Virus record (IMG/VR): IMGVR_UViG_3300008117_004020
Coordinates: 1 to 64,000 of that record
Direction: 5' to 3' (one strand)
Source of the DNA: a virus
DNA: 64,000 bases
Position numbers and translations under genes: made by a program. The notes under the pieces were generated by a model. That model had not been told where the DNA came from. It saw only the letters and a list, made by a program, of their open reading frames with translations, and made no database searches. This document shows, one piece after another, positions 36,501-45,477 of this stretch (position 1 is the stretch's first letter; every line of letters starts with the position of its first letter).

Positions 36501-37612
36501 TGAGTAAAAGAGATCAAGTCCAGAATGAAGCTTTAGAAAAAGCATTGAAACATAGCAGATGTGGACTAGGCATCAGTATGGGCGTTGGTAAAACTCTCAT
36601 AGGATTAAAGTATATTGATCATTTACAAGGACACAATATGGGTATGCTTAGGGTGCTAGTAGTAGCCCCTAAGCTGTCCATATTTGATTCTTGGAAAGAT
36701 GACGCTGCTAAGTTTGGTATAAATATAGACAGGATAACCTTCACTACATATCTATCCCTAAATAAACTCAGTCCTAAAGATTATGAGATAATAGTTCTTG
36801 ACGAGTGTCATAGCCTATTATACTCACATAAAGAGTTTTTGGATGAGTTTGAGGGAAGAATACTTGGTTTGACAGGTACACCACCCAGGTTCAATAACTC
36901 TGAGAAAGGGGAGATGGTGCAAAGATTTTGTCCCATCATATATAAGTATATCACTGATGAGGCTGTAGAGGCTAATATTCTTAATGACTACCATATAGTG
37001 GTTCATTTATTGAATCTGAGCCCACACAAGACTATACCAATGGAATTCAAAGGAAAGCGTTGGAAAACATCAGAAATAGAGTCTTATTATTATTGGACAA
37101 ATAGAGTGAATGAGTCTTCTACAGCTAAACAAAAGCAGATTAATAGCATTATGAGGATGAAAACTCTAATGAATTTTGTCACCAAAGAAACTTATACGCT
37201 AAAACTCCTTTCTAATATTGAGGAAAAATGTATAGTGTTTGCTAATACACAGGACCAAGCTGATAAGCTATGCAACTATTCATATCATTCAGGTAATCCT
37301 GACTCAGAAGAAAACTTAGAAATGTTTAAGAAAGGTAATATCACTCAGCTCAGCTGTGTACTACAGCTTAATGAGGGTGTAAACATACCCAATCTTAAAG
37401 AAGGGATTATCATGCATGCTTATGGTAATGAGCGTAAAAGTAGTCAGCGTATAGGTAGGCTATTAAGACTTAATCCTGATGATAAGGCTACTGTCCATGT
37501 ATTATGTTATGCTGGCACTATAGATGAATCTTGGACAAAGTCTGCCTTAAAAGATTTTGACCAGTCTAAGATTACATACATTAAAGAGAATGAACAAATC
37601 TTAAAATTATGA
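36500..37612 (+). CDS. SF2 DExH helicase
   Basis: GVGKT, DECH, LTGT, LNEGVNIP, QRIGRLLR. Confidence 0.92.
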   Translation: MSKRDQVQNEALEKALKHSRCGLGISMGVGKTLIGLKYIDHLQGHNMGMLRVLVVAPKLSIFDSWKDDAAKFGINIDRITFTTYLSLNKLSPKDYEIIVLDECHSLLYSHKEFLDEFEGRILGLTGTPPRFNNSEKGEMVQRFCPIIYKYITDEAVEANILNDYHIVVHLLNLSPHKTIPMEFKGKRWKTSEIESYYYWTNRVNESSTAKQKQINSIMRMKTLMNFVTKETYTLKLLSNIEEKCIVFANTQDQADKLCNYSYHSGNPDSEENLEMFKKGNITQLSCVLQLNEGVNIPNLKEGIIMHAYGNERKSSQRIGRLLRLNPDDKATVHVLCYAGTIDESWTKSALKDFDQSKITYIKENEQILKL

Positions 37613-38001
37613 AAGCATACACAGGAATGCTCAGAAAATCAGGAGATCTGTTAGAATATGCGTCTAAAAAAGATGAAACAGGGTATAATATGTTTAGAGA
37701 CCATCTCTCTGAGGGAACCCTTGTGGAGATTTATATGGACATACAAACAGATGATGGGTCACTAGCACAATTAGCTAAAATTCATGCTATGATTAGACAG
37801 CTGTCCTCACATACAGGTGATAGCTTTGAAGATATGAAGCTGATTATTAAAAAGAGAGCTGGACTATGTATAGAGAAAGAACTAGATGGGAGCAGATTCC
37901 TTTATTGTAAAAGTCTAGGAAAGTGTAATAAAGAAGAACTGTCGCATGTTATTCAGGCGATTCAGGAGATATCTCTTGTTCTGGAATATCCTCTTCAATA
38001 G
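37609..38001 (+). CDS. NinB/YbcN-like protein
   Basis: S.AQ..KIHAMI..L...TG, KSL..CNKEEL..I. Confidence 0.5.
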   Translation: MKAYTGMLRKSGDLLEYASKKDETGYNMFRDHLSEGTLVEIYMDIQTDDGSLAQLAKIHAMIRQLSSHTGDSFEDMKLIIKKRAGLCIEKELDGSRFLYCKSLGKCNKEELSHVIQAIQEISLVLEYPLQ

Positions 38002-38251
38002 TAAATCCTTGTTCTTTAGCGTTTTTCTCAATATTTGTAACTAGTACTAACATAGTGTACATAGCTCTTTCCCAGTCATTTAAATCATCCATATTAAACT
38101 CTGGGGACTCTATCTTCTTTAAGATGTCTGCTGTACTCTCAGGAGGCTGCATCATCCCTAAAAATACTGTTACATATTGTAGATCCATTAAGAATTGATT
38201 ACCAATCTTAATGTCTATAATAGCGCCTCCTTTAATAGTTTCAATTTTCAT
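37949..38251 (-). CDS. Hypothetical protein, lone minus-strand gene
   Basis: 100 aa; ATG is back-to-back with ung across an 11-12 bp AT gap. Confidence 0.6.
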   Translation of the reverse strand: MKIETIKGGAIIDIKIGNQFLMDLQYVTVFLGMMQPPESTADILKKIESPEFNMDDLNDWERAMYTMLVLVTNIEKNAKEQGFTIEEDIPEQEISPESPE

Positions 38252-38263
38252 ATATAATAATTT

Positions 38264-38974
38264 ATGACAGATACAAATATAAGCATTATTACAGACACAA
38301 AAGAAAAAATCATTGCGAAGTTGACACCATCAGGATGGGCTGACAAGCTTAGAATGTTTCTTAAGGGAGAAGAAATGAATATACTATTAGAGAAGCTTTT
38401 AACAGAGTCTCAGGAAGGTAGACATTTTACTCCTACATTAAAAGATGTATTTGCAGCATTTGAAAAGTGTCCATTTGACAAAACTAAGGTGGTACTAATG
38501 GGACAAGATCCCTATCCTTATTTAGGAGTGGCTGATGGACTAGCATTCTCATGCAGTAAGACAGGCAAAATACAGCCTAGTTTGCGCTATATATTCAAAG
38601 CGCTTGAGAATCAGACTGGTGTAGAGCAAACCAACCCAGACTTGACTAGATGGGCAGAACAAGGCGTATTAATGCTTAATACAGCTCTTACATGTCAAAT
38701 AGATAAAGTGGGGTCTCATTATGATATATGGAAAGATTTTCTATTTATGGTGATTGATGCCTTAAATTATCATAGTGAGGGAACAATATATGTTCTAATG
38801 GGTAAGCAAGCTCATTCTTTTGGGTCTTATATTACACCAACAAGTCCTATTATAAAAATATCCCATCCAGCTTCAGCAGCATATGCTAAAGCTAATGAAT
38901 GGGATTGTGATGATTGTTTTAATAAGGTGAATCAAACATTGATGATTCAAAGAAGACAGCCTATAAACTGGTAG
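38264..38974 (+). CDS. ung: Uracil-DNA glycosylase (family 1)
   Basis: GQDPY, ADGLAFS, PSL, W..QGVL.LN..LT, SHPAS. Confidence 0.95.
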   Translation: MTDTNISIITDTKEKIIAKLTPSGWADKLRMFLKGEEMNILLEKLLTESQEGRHFTPTLKDVFAAFEKCPFDKTKVVLMGQDPYPYLGVADGLAFSCSKTGKIQPSLRYIFKALENQTGVEQTNPDLTRWAEQGVLMLNTALTCQIDKVGSHYDIWKDFLFMVIDALNYHSEGTIYVLMGKQAHSFGSYITPTSPIIKISHPASAAYAKANEWDCDDCFNKVNQTLMIQRRQPINW

Positions 38975-38979
38975 TAAAA

Positions 38980-39008
38980 AGGCCCCTTAAGTGGGGCCTA
39001 TATTTTTT
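38980..39008. terminator. Bidirectional terminator
   Basis: AAAA-GGCCCC-TTAAGT-GGGGCC...TTTTTT between convergent blocks. Confidence 0.75.
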
Positions 39009-39130
39009 CTAGTTAAAGATATTTCAACTTCTGTACTACTTAACTGGCTTAACTGAGTTAACTAGGATTATTCTTAGTTAAGCTAGTTAACCTAGTTAAG
39101 CAGTTTAGGTATGGATTATACGTTAACTAG
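39009..39130. repeat. Symmetric TTAACT iteron-like array
   Basis: TTAACT at 39040, 39049, 39058; TAGTTAA at 39075, 39084, 39093; outer pair CTAGTTAA 39009 / TTAACTAG 39123 with the same centre. Confidence 0.8.
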
Positions 39131-39132
39131 AC

Positions 39133-39255
39133 TTATCTTCCTTGTCCTCTATATTTAGAGACTTTCTTACATTTTGGTCCACTAGATTTAGAAGCTTTAC
39201 CTCCTTTGCGCTTACCAAATGTAACCTTATTAGCTCCAGAAATTGATTTTGCCAT
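39133..39255 (-). CDS. Small basic protein ending KYRGQGR (not in ORF track)
   Basis: MAKSISGANKVTFGKRKGGKASKSSGPKCKKVSKYRGQGR, 40 aa. Confidence 0.7.
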   Translation of the reverse strand: MAKSISGANKVTFGKRKGGKASKSSGPKCKKVSKYRGQGR

Positions 39256-39267
39256 TGGTTATATAAT

Positions 39268-39873
39268 TTAATTTGTACAATCGTTACAATCTATCTTTTG
39301 AATAGCTGGGTATGTGGGATCTCCTTGAGGATAAGGAAAAAATGAAAATAACTGCCAACAACCATTAAATCCTGGTGTTGGGTAGTCAGGTATTAAAAAG
39401 ACATTATTTGATGATATACCTGTAAGAGATACAGTGGATGATATTGAAAATGTTGTACTTACAAAAGGGTCTATTGTTTGACCATTACAACCTAAAAATA
39501 TAGCATCAGCTCCATAATAATATATAGAAGGAGGTGCTTCTGTAGTGGTTGTAGTTGTTGTCTCACAATATTTTTGTTGACAGCAGATATCCACTGGTAT
39601 TTCTTTCCAACATCCTATTTCAGGAGGACAATAAGGGGTGATAAGCATACTTCCTGGAACTACATGACCATCATTAGCAAACCTAATATAAGCATGTTTG
39701 TCCCCATTAGCTACACAATCGCAGTCAGGTTCACAACATATGCTCTCTGTTACTTCCACCCATACACCACCATCTTTAGGGTGATTTCTAGCTATAATAA
39801 GACTACCAGAGACTAGTTTACCTTGCTTTGTGTATTTAACAAAGGCGTGTTGATATTTACGTTCTTTCTCCAT
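39268..39873 (-). CDS. Putative virion decoration protein, two AFVxY..VPGS..W.EV..D.CC repeats
   Basis: Repeats visible in the translation; poly-Thr linker. Confidence 0.65.
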   Translation of the reverse strand: MEKERKYQHAFVKYTKQGKLVSGSLIIARNHPKDGGVWVEVTESICCEPDCDCVANGDKHAYIRFANDGHVVPGSMLITPYCPPEIGCWKEIPVDICCQQKYCETTTTTTTEAPPSIYYYGADAIFLGCNGQTIDPFVSTTFSISSTVSLTGISSNNVFLIPDYPTPGFNGCWQLFSFFPYPQGDPTYPAIQKIDCNDCTN

Positions 39874-39879
39874 TAACTA

Positions 39880-40509
39880 TTACGGGGTAGTAGTTGTAGT
39901 TGTTGTAGTTACATTAACATCATAACTCCAACCTTTTCCAAAAAGAACTGTAAGAGCAGTTAAACCAGCTGGACCAGGAACTGCATTAGTTCCTCCTGTA
40001 AGATCTACATATCCATTACTAATTGCATTATCAGCTAATGCTACAAGAATATTGTCCACTGCAGTTTGTGTCAAACCACAATCATATAAAATTATTGAAT
40101 CGCCATCACCTAAAGGTTGTGAACTTGATATAATCACTTCTGTTAATCCTGCATTACCATTAAGATCAAAACCTTTAAGCGCAGGTAGTCCTGATAAATC
40201 TACAGATCCTGATATATTAGATTGATCAACATCAAGCCAAATCAAATTATCAAGTCCTGAAAGATTAGGAAATCCTCCTGAAAAATCACTATCATCAAGA
40301 CGAAGTTGTTGAAGAGCTGTGCATCCTGATAAATTAACAGAAGTTAAGCTGTTAGTATTAGTGCCTGGAATATCACAGTCACTAATATCAACATTTATTA
40401 AATTAGGAAGATTTGATAAATTAACAGATTGAAAACCATTATAATCTATATTTATTGTTTGCAGATTTACAAGATTTTGCAAACCTGTTATTGATACTAT
40501 TTGTGCCAT
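39880..40509 (-). CDS. Leucine-rich repeat protein
   Basis: LxxLxxLxxLxL repeats, LTQTAVDNILVAL cap, poly-Thr tail. Confidence 0.8.
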   Translation of the reverse strand: MAQIVSITGLQNLVNLQTINIDYNGFQSVNLSNLPNLINVDISDCDIPGTNTNSLTSVNLSGCTALQQLRLDDSDFSGGFPNLSGLDNLIWLDVDQSNISGSVDLSGLPALKGFDLNGNAGLTEVIISSSQPLGDGDSIILYDCGLTQTAVDNILVALADNAISNGYVDLTGGTNAVPGPAGLTALTVLFGKGWSYDVNVTTTTTTTTP

Positions 40510-40521
40510 ATTTTTTTAAAT

Positions 40522-41049
40522 TTAGTCAGGTGAAGAAGTAAAATTAATTACACTTTCAATGTTATCAAAACATACTTGTACAGTGTATTGAGTGTTAGAT
40601 TCTGGATATGTGTGGGTCTCTTCATAGAATCCACCAAGTCCTGCATCAACATGTGTAGTACCATCACCCCAATTAACAGTAAAGTTGATAGGTGTTGTGG
40701 TAACAAAGCTGAATACAAAGAATGTACCTTCAGTTGTATCTACAACAAACTCAATACAATTACTTTGACAACATAAATCTACACTCACTTGACGCCATAT
40801 ACCACCATCTTTTGGATAGGAACTTCCTATAATAAGAGATCCTGGTACTATTTTACCAGCTTTAGTGTAGCGAATAAATCCTTTAAGTCTTAAATTACTA
40901 GGATAAGAGGTGTCTTCACAGCACAAGTCTGTGTTCACTTCTTTCCATACAGCAGGACCACTTGGATATGTTCCCTGTGTTACTATCATACTACCAGGAA
41001 CTATTTTTCCTGATTTAGTATATTTTACAAATGCTCTTTGTTTTGACAT
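40522..41049 (-). CDS. Putative decoration protein, two repeats plus PKD-like domain
   Basis: Same repeat twice; V.WGDG and HTY motifs. Confidence 0.7.
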   Translation of the reverse strand: MSKQRAFVKYTKSGKIVPGSMIVTQGTYPSGPAVWKEVNTDLCCEDTSYPSNLRLKGFIRYTKAGKIVPGSLIIGSSYPKDGGIWRQVSVDLCCQSNCIEFVVDTTEGTFFVFSFVTTTPINFTVNWGDGTTHVDAGLGGFYEETHTYPESNTQYTVQVCFDNIESVINFTSSPD

Positions 41050-41067
41050 ATTATTAAGTTTTAAAGA

Positions 41068-41496
41068 TTAACCACCAAATCCAAATGGACCAATACTACC
41101 TCCTAATCCTGAACACTCAGGATTGTTTAATAGTGTATTGGCAATATCGTTAGACACAGCTAAAACAATATTACCATCACCATCTACACTAAATACACCC
41201 ATATAATCAAGCTGTTCATTTAAACCAGCAGCTAATTCTTCAGGTGTATTAAATTCTCCAAGTACAGCTCCAGCCACAAGTGTTGGTCCCATACCACAGA
41301 AAAACTGTACATATGGGGTGTTAATAGGATAGGTGATTTCTTCAAATGTAATTGTCACACCGCTATTACAACATAAGTCTGCTGGAACTTCCTTCCATGT
41401 AGATGGTCCTTGTGGGTATGAACCCCCAGTGAGGATCAAGCTACCAGGTACAATCTTGCCATTTTTACTGTACCTTACAAATGCTCTTTTTTTCAT
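41068..41496 (-). CDS. Putative decoration protein, one repeat
   Basis: KRAFVRYSKNGKIVPGSLIL..YP.G...WKEV..DLCC. Confidence 0.65.
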   Translation of the reverse strand: MKKRAFVRYSKNGKIVPGSLILTGGSYPQGPSTWKEVPADLCCNSGVTITFEEITYPINTPYVQFFCGMGPTLVAGAVLGEFNTPEELAAGLNEQLDYMGVFSVDGDGNIVLAVSNDIANTLLNNPECSGLGGSIGPFGFGG

Positions 41497-41501
41497 TATT
41501 G

Positions 41502-41576
41502 TTATCTTTTAGGTTTAGATGATGTAGACTTAGGTTTACCACAGCCACAACCATAAATGTTAGTGTTCTTTATCAT
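41502..41576 (-). CDS. Tiny GCGCGK peptide (not in ORF track)
   Basis: MIKNTNIYGCGCGKPKSTSSKPKR fills the gap exactly. Confidence 0.5.
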   Translation of the reverse strand: MIKNTNIYGCGCGKPKSTSSKPKR

Positions 41577-41577
41577 A

Positions 41578-42102
41578 TTAAGCTTCATTTTGAGAAGGTG
41601 ATCCTTCTATGTTAAGAAATATTTTTCTAATGTTTAATGGAGGAGTATGATAGGCAGGTCTTCTTGCATCTAAAAGTCTAGACTTAGCTATCTTAGCTAC
41701 ATTTACAGCATTACCCTGATTACCACCAAGAACAAAATAATTTTTATTGTCTTCTCCTACATAGAATCCTACATGTCCACCACCACCTGGTCTCGTAAAC
41801 ACAAGAATATCCCCAAGCATAGGACTAGGAGACTTAACACCAAAATTTACCCAATTGCGAGCACCTAATAACCATTCAACAGGTTGTCTATCTGCTCTTT
41901 TAATACACACACCTACAAAAAGTCCACACCATGGAGTTTCATCGTTTCTGTATGTAATACCAAGTTCTCTAGCCCATCCCATAATAATAGGATTGTGCTT
42001 AGGACCCACTGTTTCTTCTACACCATAAAGCTCTAAAGCTTTAACAAGATGCCTGGGAGCCCCTTCAAGAGCTAGCCATGCATATTTTTTAGGAAGTTTC
42101 AT
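41578..42102 (-). CDS. Endolysin, TIGR02594-like NlpC/P60-CHAP peptidase
   Basis: DETPWCGLFV, AR.W, GDI.VF.R..GGHVGFY, LGGNQ. Confidence 0.9.
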   Translation of the reverse strand: MKLPKKYAWLALEGAPRHLVKALELYGVEETVGPKHNPIIMGWARELGITYRNDETPWCGLFVGVCIKRADRQPVEWLLGARNWVNFGVKSPSPMLGDILVFTRPGGGGHVGFYVGEDNKNYFVLGGNQGNAVNVAKIAKSRLLDARRPAYHTPPLNIRKIFLNIEGSPSQNEA

Positions 42103-42108
42103 TGGTTA

Positions 42109-42702
42109 TTATTTAAGTTTCCAATAGGTCTGTAATTGAGCGCCTAATTTATTCTCATTATCCACTGTTCCTGATAGAATGTAGATGCGTTGTTTCTTGT
42201 CTTTGTATAACAAGCCTGTGTTAAAGGTTCTGATTACACCACCTTGAAATCCTTGAATACCACCACCAAAATAGAATTCTCTTTGTGGAGCAGCATATTT
42301 AACCACGCTGTCATGGATGATGGGATATGTAAGATTGTAGTTATAAGTTCTACCTGTTAAGGCATTACTCATCACCTCATCTTTCACATAAACATATCCT
42401 ACACTATCTATTTTAAGACTGTCCTCATAAACATTCTTAGTCAAGTAGTTAGTTACTAAAGAGTTATACTGAGCTAGTAACTTATTATAATTTGTGTCAG
42501 GAAGATATTCCTTTAGAATCACACTGTCAACAGAACCTTCTCTTATAATCAACTTTGGATTAGAATAGATGGTGCTGTCTTTTTTCACCCATATAGTATC
42601 AGAATACACTATTGTGGTGGTAGTGTCTAGTGGTTTCTTACACATTTGTAAAAGTATGACCACCAGCAGTGCCACAATAATCATATCCAAATACTTTTTC
42701 AT
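42109..42702 (-). CDS. Membrane-anchored lysis-module protein (spanin-like)
   Basis: N-terminal TM, DT/DS-rich stalk, C-terminal beta strands; lies between holin and endolysin. Confidence 0.5.
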   Translation of the reverse strand: MKKYLDMIIVALLVVILLQMCKKPLDTTTTIVYSDTIWVKKDSTIYSNPKLIIREGSVDSVILKEYLPDTNYNKLLAQYNSLVTNYLTKNVYEDSLKIDSVGYVYVKDEVMSNALTGRTYNYNLTYPIIHDSVVKYAAPQREFYFGGGIQGFQGGVIRTFNTGLLYKDKKQRIYILSGTVDNENKLGAQLQTYWKLK

Positions 42703-42781
42703 ATCTCAGGATTTAACAGGTAAAATAGAATGTTCCAGGTGAGTTTTTATAATTTTTCTCACCTGGACTTCTATTATTTCA

Positions 42782-43042
42782 TTAAGCTGTAACTGTTGTA
42801 TCAGCTTTAAAGCGACCAATGATAGATACAATTGTACCCAAAGCAGCCAACAATTGACCAACAATAACAGGCATAGAACCTTGAGAAGCTTTAATAGCTT
42901 CAGCATAAGCCTTCAATTGCTCAAAATCTGCATTAGCAGGAAGAGTGGGTTCTTCCACTCCAATCATTGACATTACAAATCCTAGAGCTGCAATTGCAAT
43001 ACCCCAGATTGTCTTAGATTGATACCACTTTTTTGTTTCCAT
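42782..43042 (-). CDS. Holin-like protein
   Basis: KKWYQSKTIW, two TM segments, IIGRFKA. Confidence 0.7.
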   Translation of the reverse strand: METKKWYQSKTIWGIAIAALGFVMSMIGVEEPTLPANADFEQLKAYAEAIKASQGSMPVIVGQLLAALGTIVSIIGRFKADTTVTA

Positions 43043-43062
43043 TTTTATTTATATTTGGTGAA

Positions 43063-43593
43063 TTATATTATTTTATAGATATATGAAAAAGAGTAAAACC
43101 CACTTGTTGCAGTAGGATTATTATTTTCTACAGTTACTTTCCCAGATGAACCGCCTATTGCATAAATTTTACAAGAGGTATCATAAACAGCTACACCAGA
43201 TGCATCTGATTGTTCAACAAAATTACTAGCTATAGGTGTTTCCATATCAAATGCCCAAGCACCTGGGTCAATAATAACACTAACATCTAATACACCCCAT
43301 ACATACACCGTGTTTCCAATACGTATATAATTGACAAGTGATGGAAATAGTATTGAACAGTTGGATTGTGTCTGAAGAACTGGAGTAAAAGTACTTTGTA
43401 CAAAAGTTGGTGCTGGGTTAGCAACAGCTAGAGGACTACCCACTGTACCATTTCCTGTCAATGTAGCATCATGAGCCACTGCAGTGAGAGCAGTTCCACC
43501 AGATTCTAGAGCTGTCACTCTACCAGAGAGTCTTTTAATGAATTTAGTAAGCCAATCTAGCCTACCAAATATATCTGTAGATTTAGGATTCAT
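43063..43593 (-). CDS. Virion fibre-like protein
   Basis: TLTGNGT..SPL motif; YIRIGNTVYV receptor-binding-type tip. Confidence 0.55.
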   Translation of the reverse strand: MNPKSTDIFGRLDWLTKFIKRLSGRVTALESGGTALTAVAHDATLTGNGTVGSPLAVANPAPTFVQSTFTPVLQTQSNCSILFPSLVNYIRIGNTVYVWGVLDVSVIIDPGAWAFDMETPIASNFVEQSDASGVAVYDTSCKIYAIGGSSGKVTVENNNPTATSGFYSFSYIYKII

Positions 43594-43906
43594 AAGATTC
43601 TGATATTATGTTTTTATTCACATCATAGTATTCCTCAGGCTTAAAATAAAGCCTCATAAACCATGGGTAGTGAGTGTTAGCTATTGGTTTTTTACCAAAG
43701 ACTTCCTGCTCTAATGATCTTGTAGTTCTCTCAAGATTCTCAATTTTGGTCTTATCAATGTTGCTTTGAGCCAATAATTGCTTAACATCTGAGCGCATTT
43801 CTGTAATATCACGCCAAATCATTAAAGCTAAGAACGACACTAAAGATGGGAATACATACACCTTTAGTTTGTTGATGAAAGAATTTTCTTTAATTTCTGC
43901 AGCCAT
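43583..43906 (-). CDS. TM plus coiled-coil protein (holin-like)
   Basis: One TM segment followed by a coiled coil. Confidence 0.55.
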   Translation of the reverse strand: MAAEIKENSFINKLKVYVFPSLVSFLALMIWRDITEMRSDVKQLLAQSNIDKTKIENLERTTRSLEQEVFGKKPIANTHYPWFMRLYFKPEEYYDVNKNIISESYES

Positions 43907-43953
43907 CTTTCAAAACAAATTTATATATTTACAAATAAAAATAATCACATTAT

Positions 43954-44077
43954 CAGACCATCCTACTGGGGTAAAACCCTGATTTACAATGAGTTATAGT
44001 TGTAGCACTGAGGATGTGCAAGTTAATCAGAACTGTTAACTTAGGGTTTTTTGTAGTCCCCAGCAGAAAATGGTCTG
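43954..44077. ncRNA. Nested multi-branch structure in divergent intergenic region
   Basis: CAGACCAT/ATGGTCTG, CTGGGG/CCCCAG and AAAACCCT/AGGGTTTT enclosing three small hairpins. Confidence 0.6.
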
Positions 44078-44155
44078 TTAAGAACATTATTCTCTAATCA
44101 CTACTCCATATAATATAATATACTAAAATTTTACCTAATCTCCAATTTTAAAATT

Positions 44156-44623
44156 ATGATCAAAAAAGAAAACCTGCCTAGTGAAGACATTATAAAAATA
44201 CTTTCTAAGGAGTTTATTGAGCGAATTAAGAAGGAAACAGGCAAAGATTACAATATTCAAATCATCAATCACACTCTGATTGCCTCTAGAGTTGAGCAGA
44301 TTATTCCAAGAAAAATAGTGTCTCTTGATGATTTAGAGAAGATTATTCTACGCAATATGCCAGTTGAAATACCTAGTGGTAAGTTTAAGTCTAAGAGTAG
44401 AATTCGCGAGCTTGTGGATGCTAGGACCATATTCTGCTACATGGCCTGTAGGATATTTGGGTTCACTGTTACAAACGTAGGCAGATATCTAAAGAAGCAC
44501 CATACTAGCGTTATGTATCTAGTTAGAAAGTGCGAGATTCTTATGGAAGTTGATCCTGAATACTTGGGATTGTTTCAGTCAGTAAAAGACAAACTTAAAG
44601 AAGCATATGAAGAAGTTCTTTAA
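44156..44623 (+). CDS. Stand-alone DnaA domain IV (HTH) protein
   Basis: SKSRIRELVDARTIFCY.....TVTNVGRYL.KHHTSVMY. Confidence 0.8.
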   Translation: MIKKENLPSEDIIKILSKEFIERIKKETGKDYNIQIINHTLIASRVEQIIPRKIVSLDDLEKIILRNMPVEIPSGKFKSKSRIRELVDARTIFCYMACRIFGFTVTNVGRYLKKHHTSVMYLVRKCEILMEVDPEYLGLFQSVKDKLKEAYEEVL

Positions 44624-45176
44624 TATGATTGTTAAGCTAGGTCTGTCTCCTAATGAAGCTTATGTGCTATTATGTTTGCACAATAAAGAGAAACCTCAGC
44701 AGGTTAATATAGACGAGTGTCTAAAATTCCTTTATAAAAAAGGGTTAATCACTACAGATTGTCATATAACTAGTAAGGGACTAAGTGTAGGTGACAAGCT
44801 AGAAAAGATAAAAAGATCATCTAAAAAACAATTAACAGACGAGGATAAAGTAAAAATCAAAGAGTATAGAGAACTGTTTCCAAAAGGTAAACTACCCTCT
44901 GGTTATCCCGCCAGAGTTACAGTGAAGGAACTAGAGAAGAAGTTTGAACATTTCTTCTCTAACTATGATTATGATTGGGACATAATCATAAAAGCCACCA
45001 AAAAGTATATACAAGAACATGAGCCTACATATGACTATATGAAGACCTCAAGTTATTTTATATTCAAGACTGGTGTAGACAAGACATCTGTTTCAGCACT
45101 GTCATCATATTGTGATATGATATTGGAATCAGATGAGGATGATAATCAAAATGTTACATTTTCAAGAGCAGTTTAA
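44607..45176 (+). CDS. wHTH replication-associated protein
   Basis: N-terminal wHTH (L..KGLI...IT.KG); YRELFP, YMKTSSYFI; upstream of dnaB. Confidence 0.5.
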   Translation: MKKFFNMIVKLGLSPNEAYVLLCLHNKEKPQQVNIDECLKFLYKKGLITTDCHITSKGLSVGDKLEKIKRSSKKQLTDEDKVKIKEYRELFPKGKLPSGYPARVTVKELEKKFEHFFSNYDYDWDIIIKATKKYIQEHEPTYDYMKTSSYFIFKTGVDKTSVSALSSYCDMILESDEDDNQNVTFSRAV

Positions 45177-45177
45177 T

Positions 45178-45477
45178 ATGAGTGTATTAAAAGTTTATCC
45201 AGCTAAATACTGGCATGATAGTCCAGTGATTATAGGAAGCAAAGAAGCGTTGATAAGACTTAGAGATTTAATAGATCGTAGTCTTATTAATCCTGCAGAT
45301 TGCTGCCATGATCATTTTATAGAAGCAGATGGTAAAGAATTCATAGTTAAAGTGAGAGTTTACGATAGTGAAGAACTCCAGCTAGAAGACTTGCCAGCAC
45401 ATTATGAAGATGAAGAGCTTACAGAATCAGAGAAGAAATTCCTTTATAATTTTGTAAATGAAAGTCATGGATCATAG
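45178..45477 (+). CDS. Hypothetical protein
   Basis: ORF from MSVLKVYP. Confidence 0.6.
   Translation: MSVLKVYPAKYWHDSPVIIGSKEALIRLRDLIDRSLINPADCCHDHFIEADGKEFIVKVRVYDSEELQLEDLPAHYEDEELTESEKKFLYNFVNESHGS

Noticed and set aside
42730-42768. TGTTCCAGGTGAG resembling parS
   Set aside because: The right half does not match; it belongs to a TCCAGGTGAG/CTCACCTGGA hairpin.
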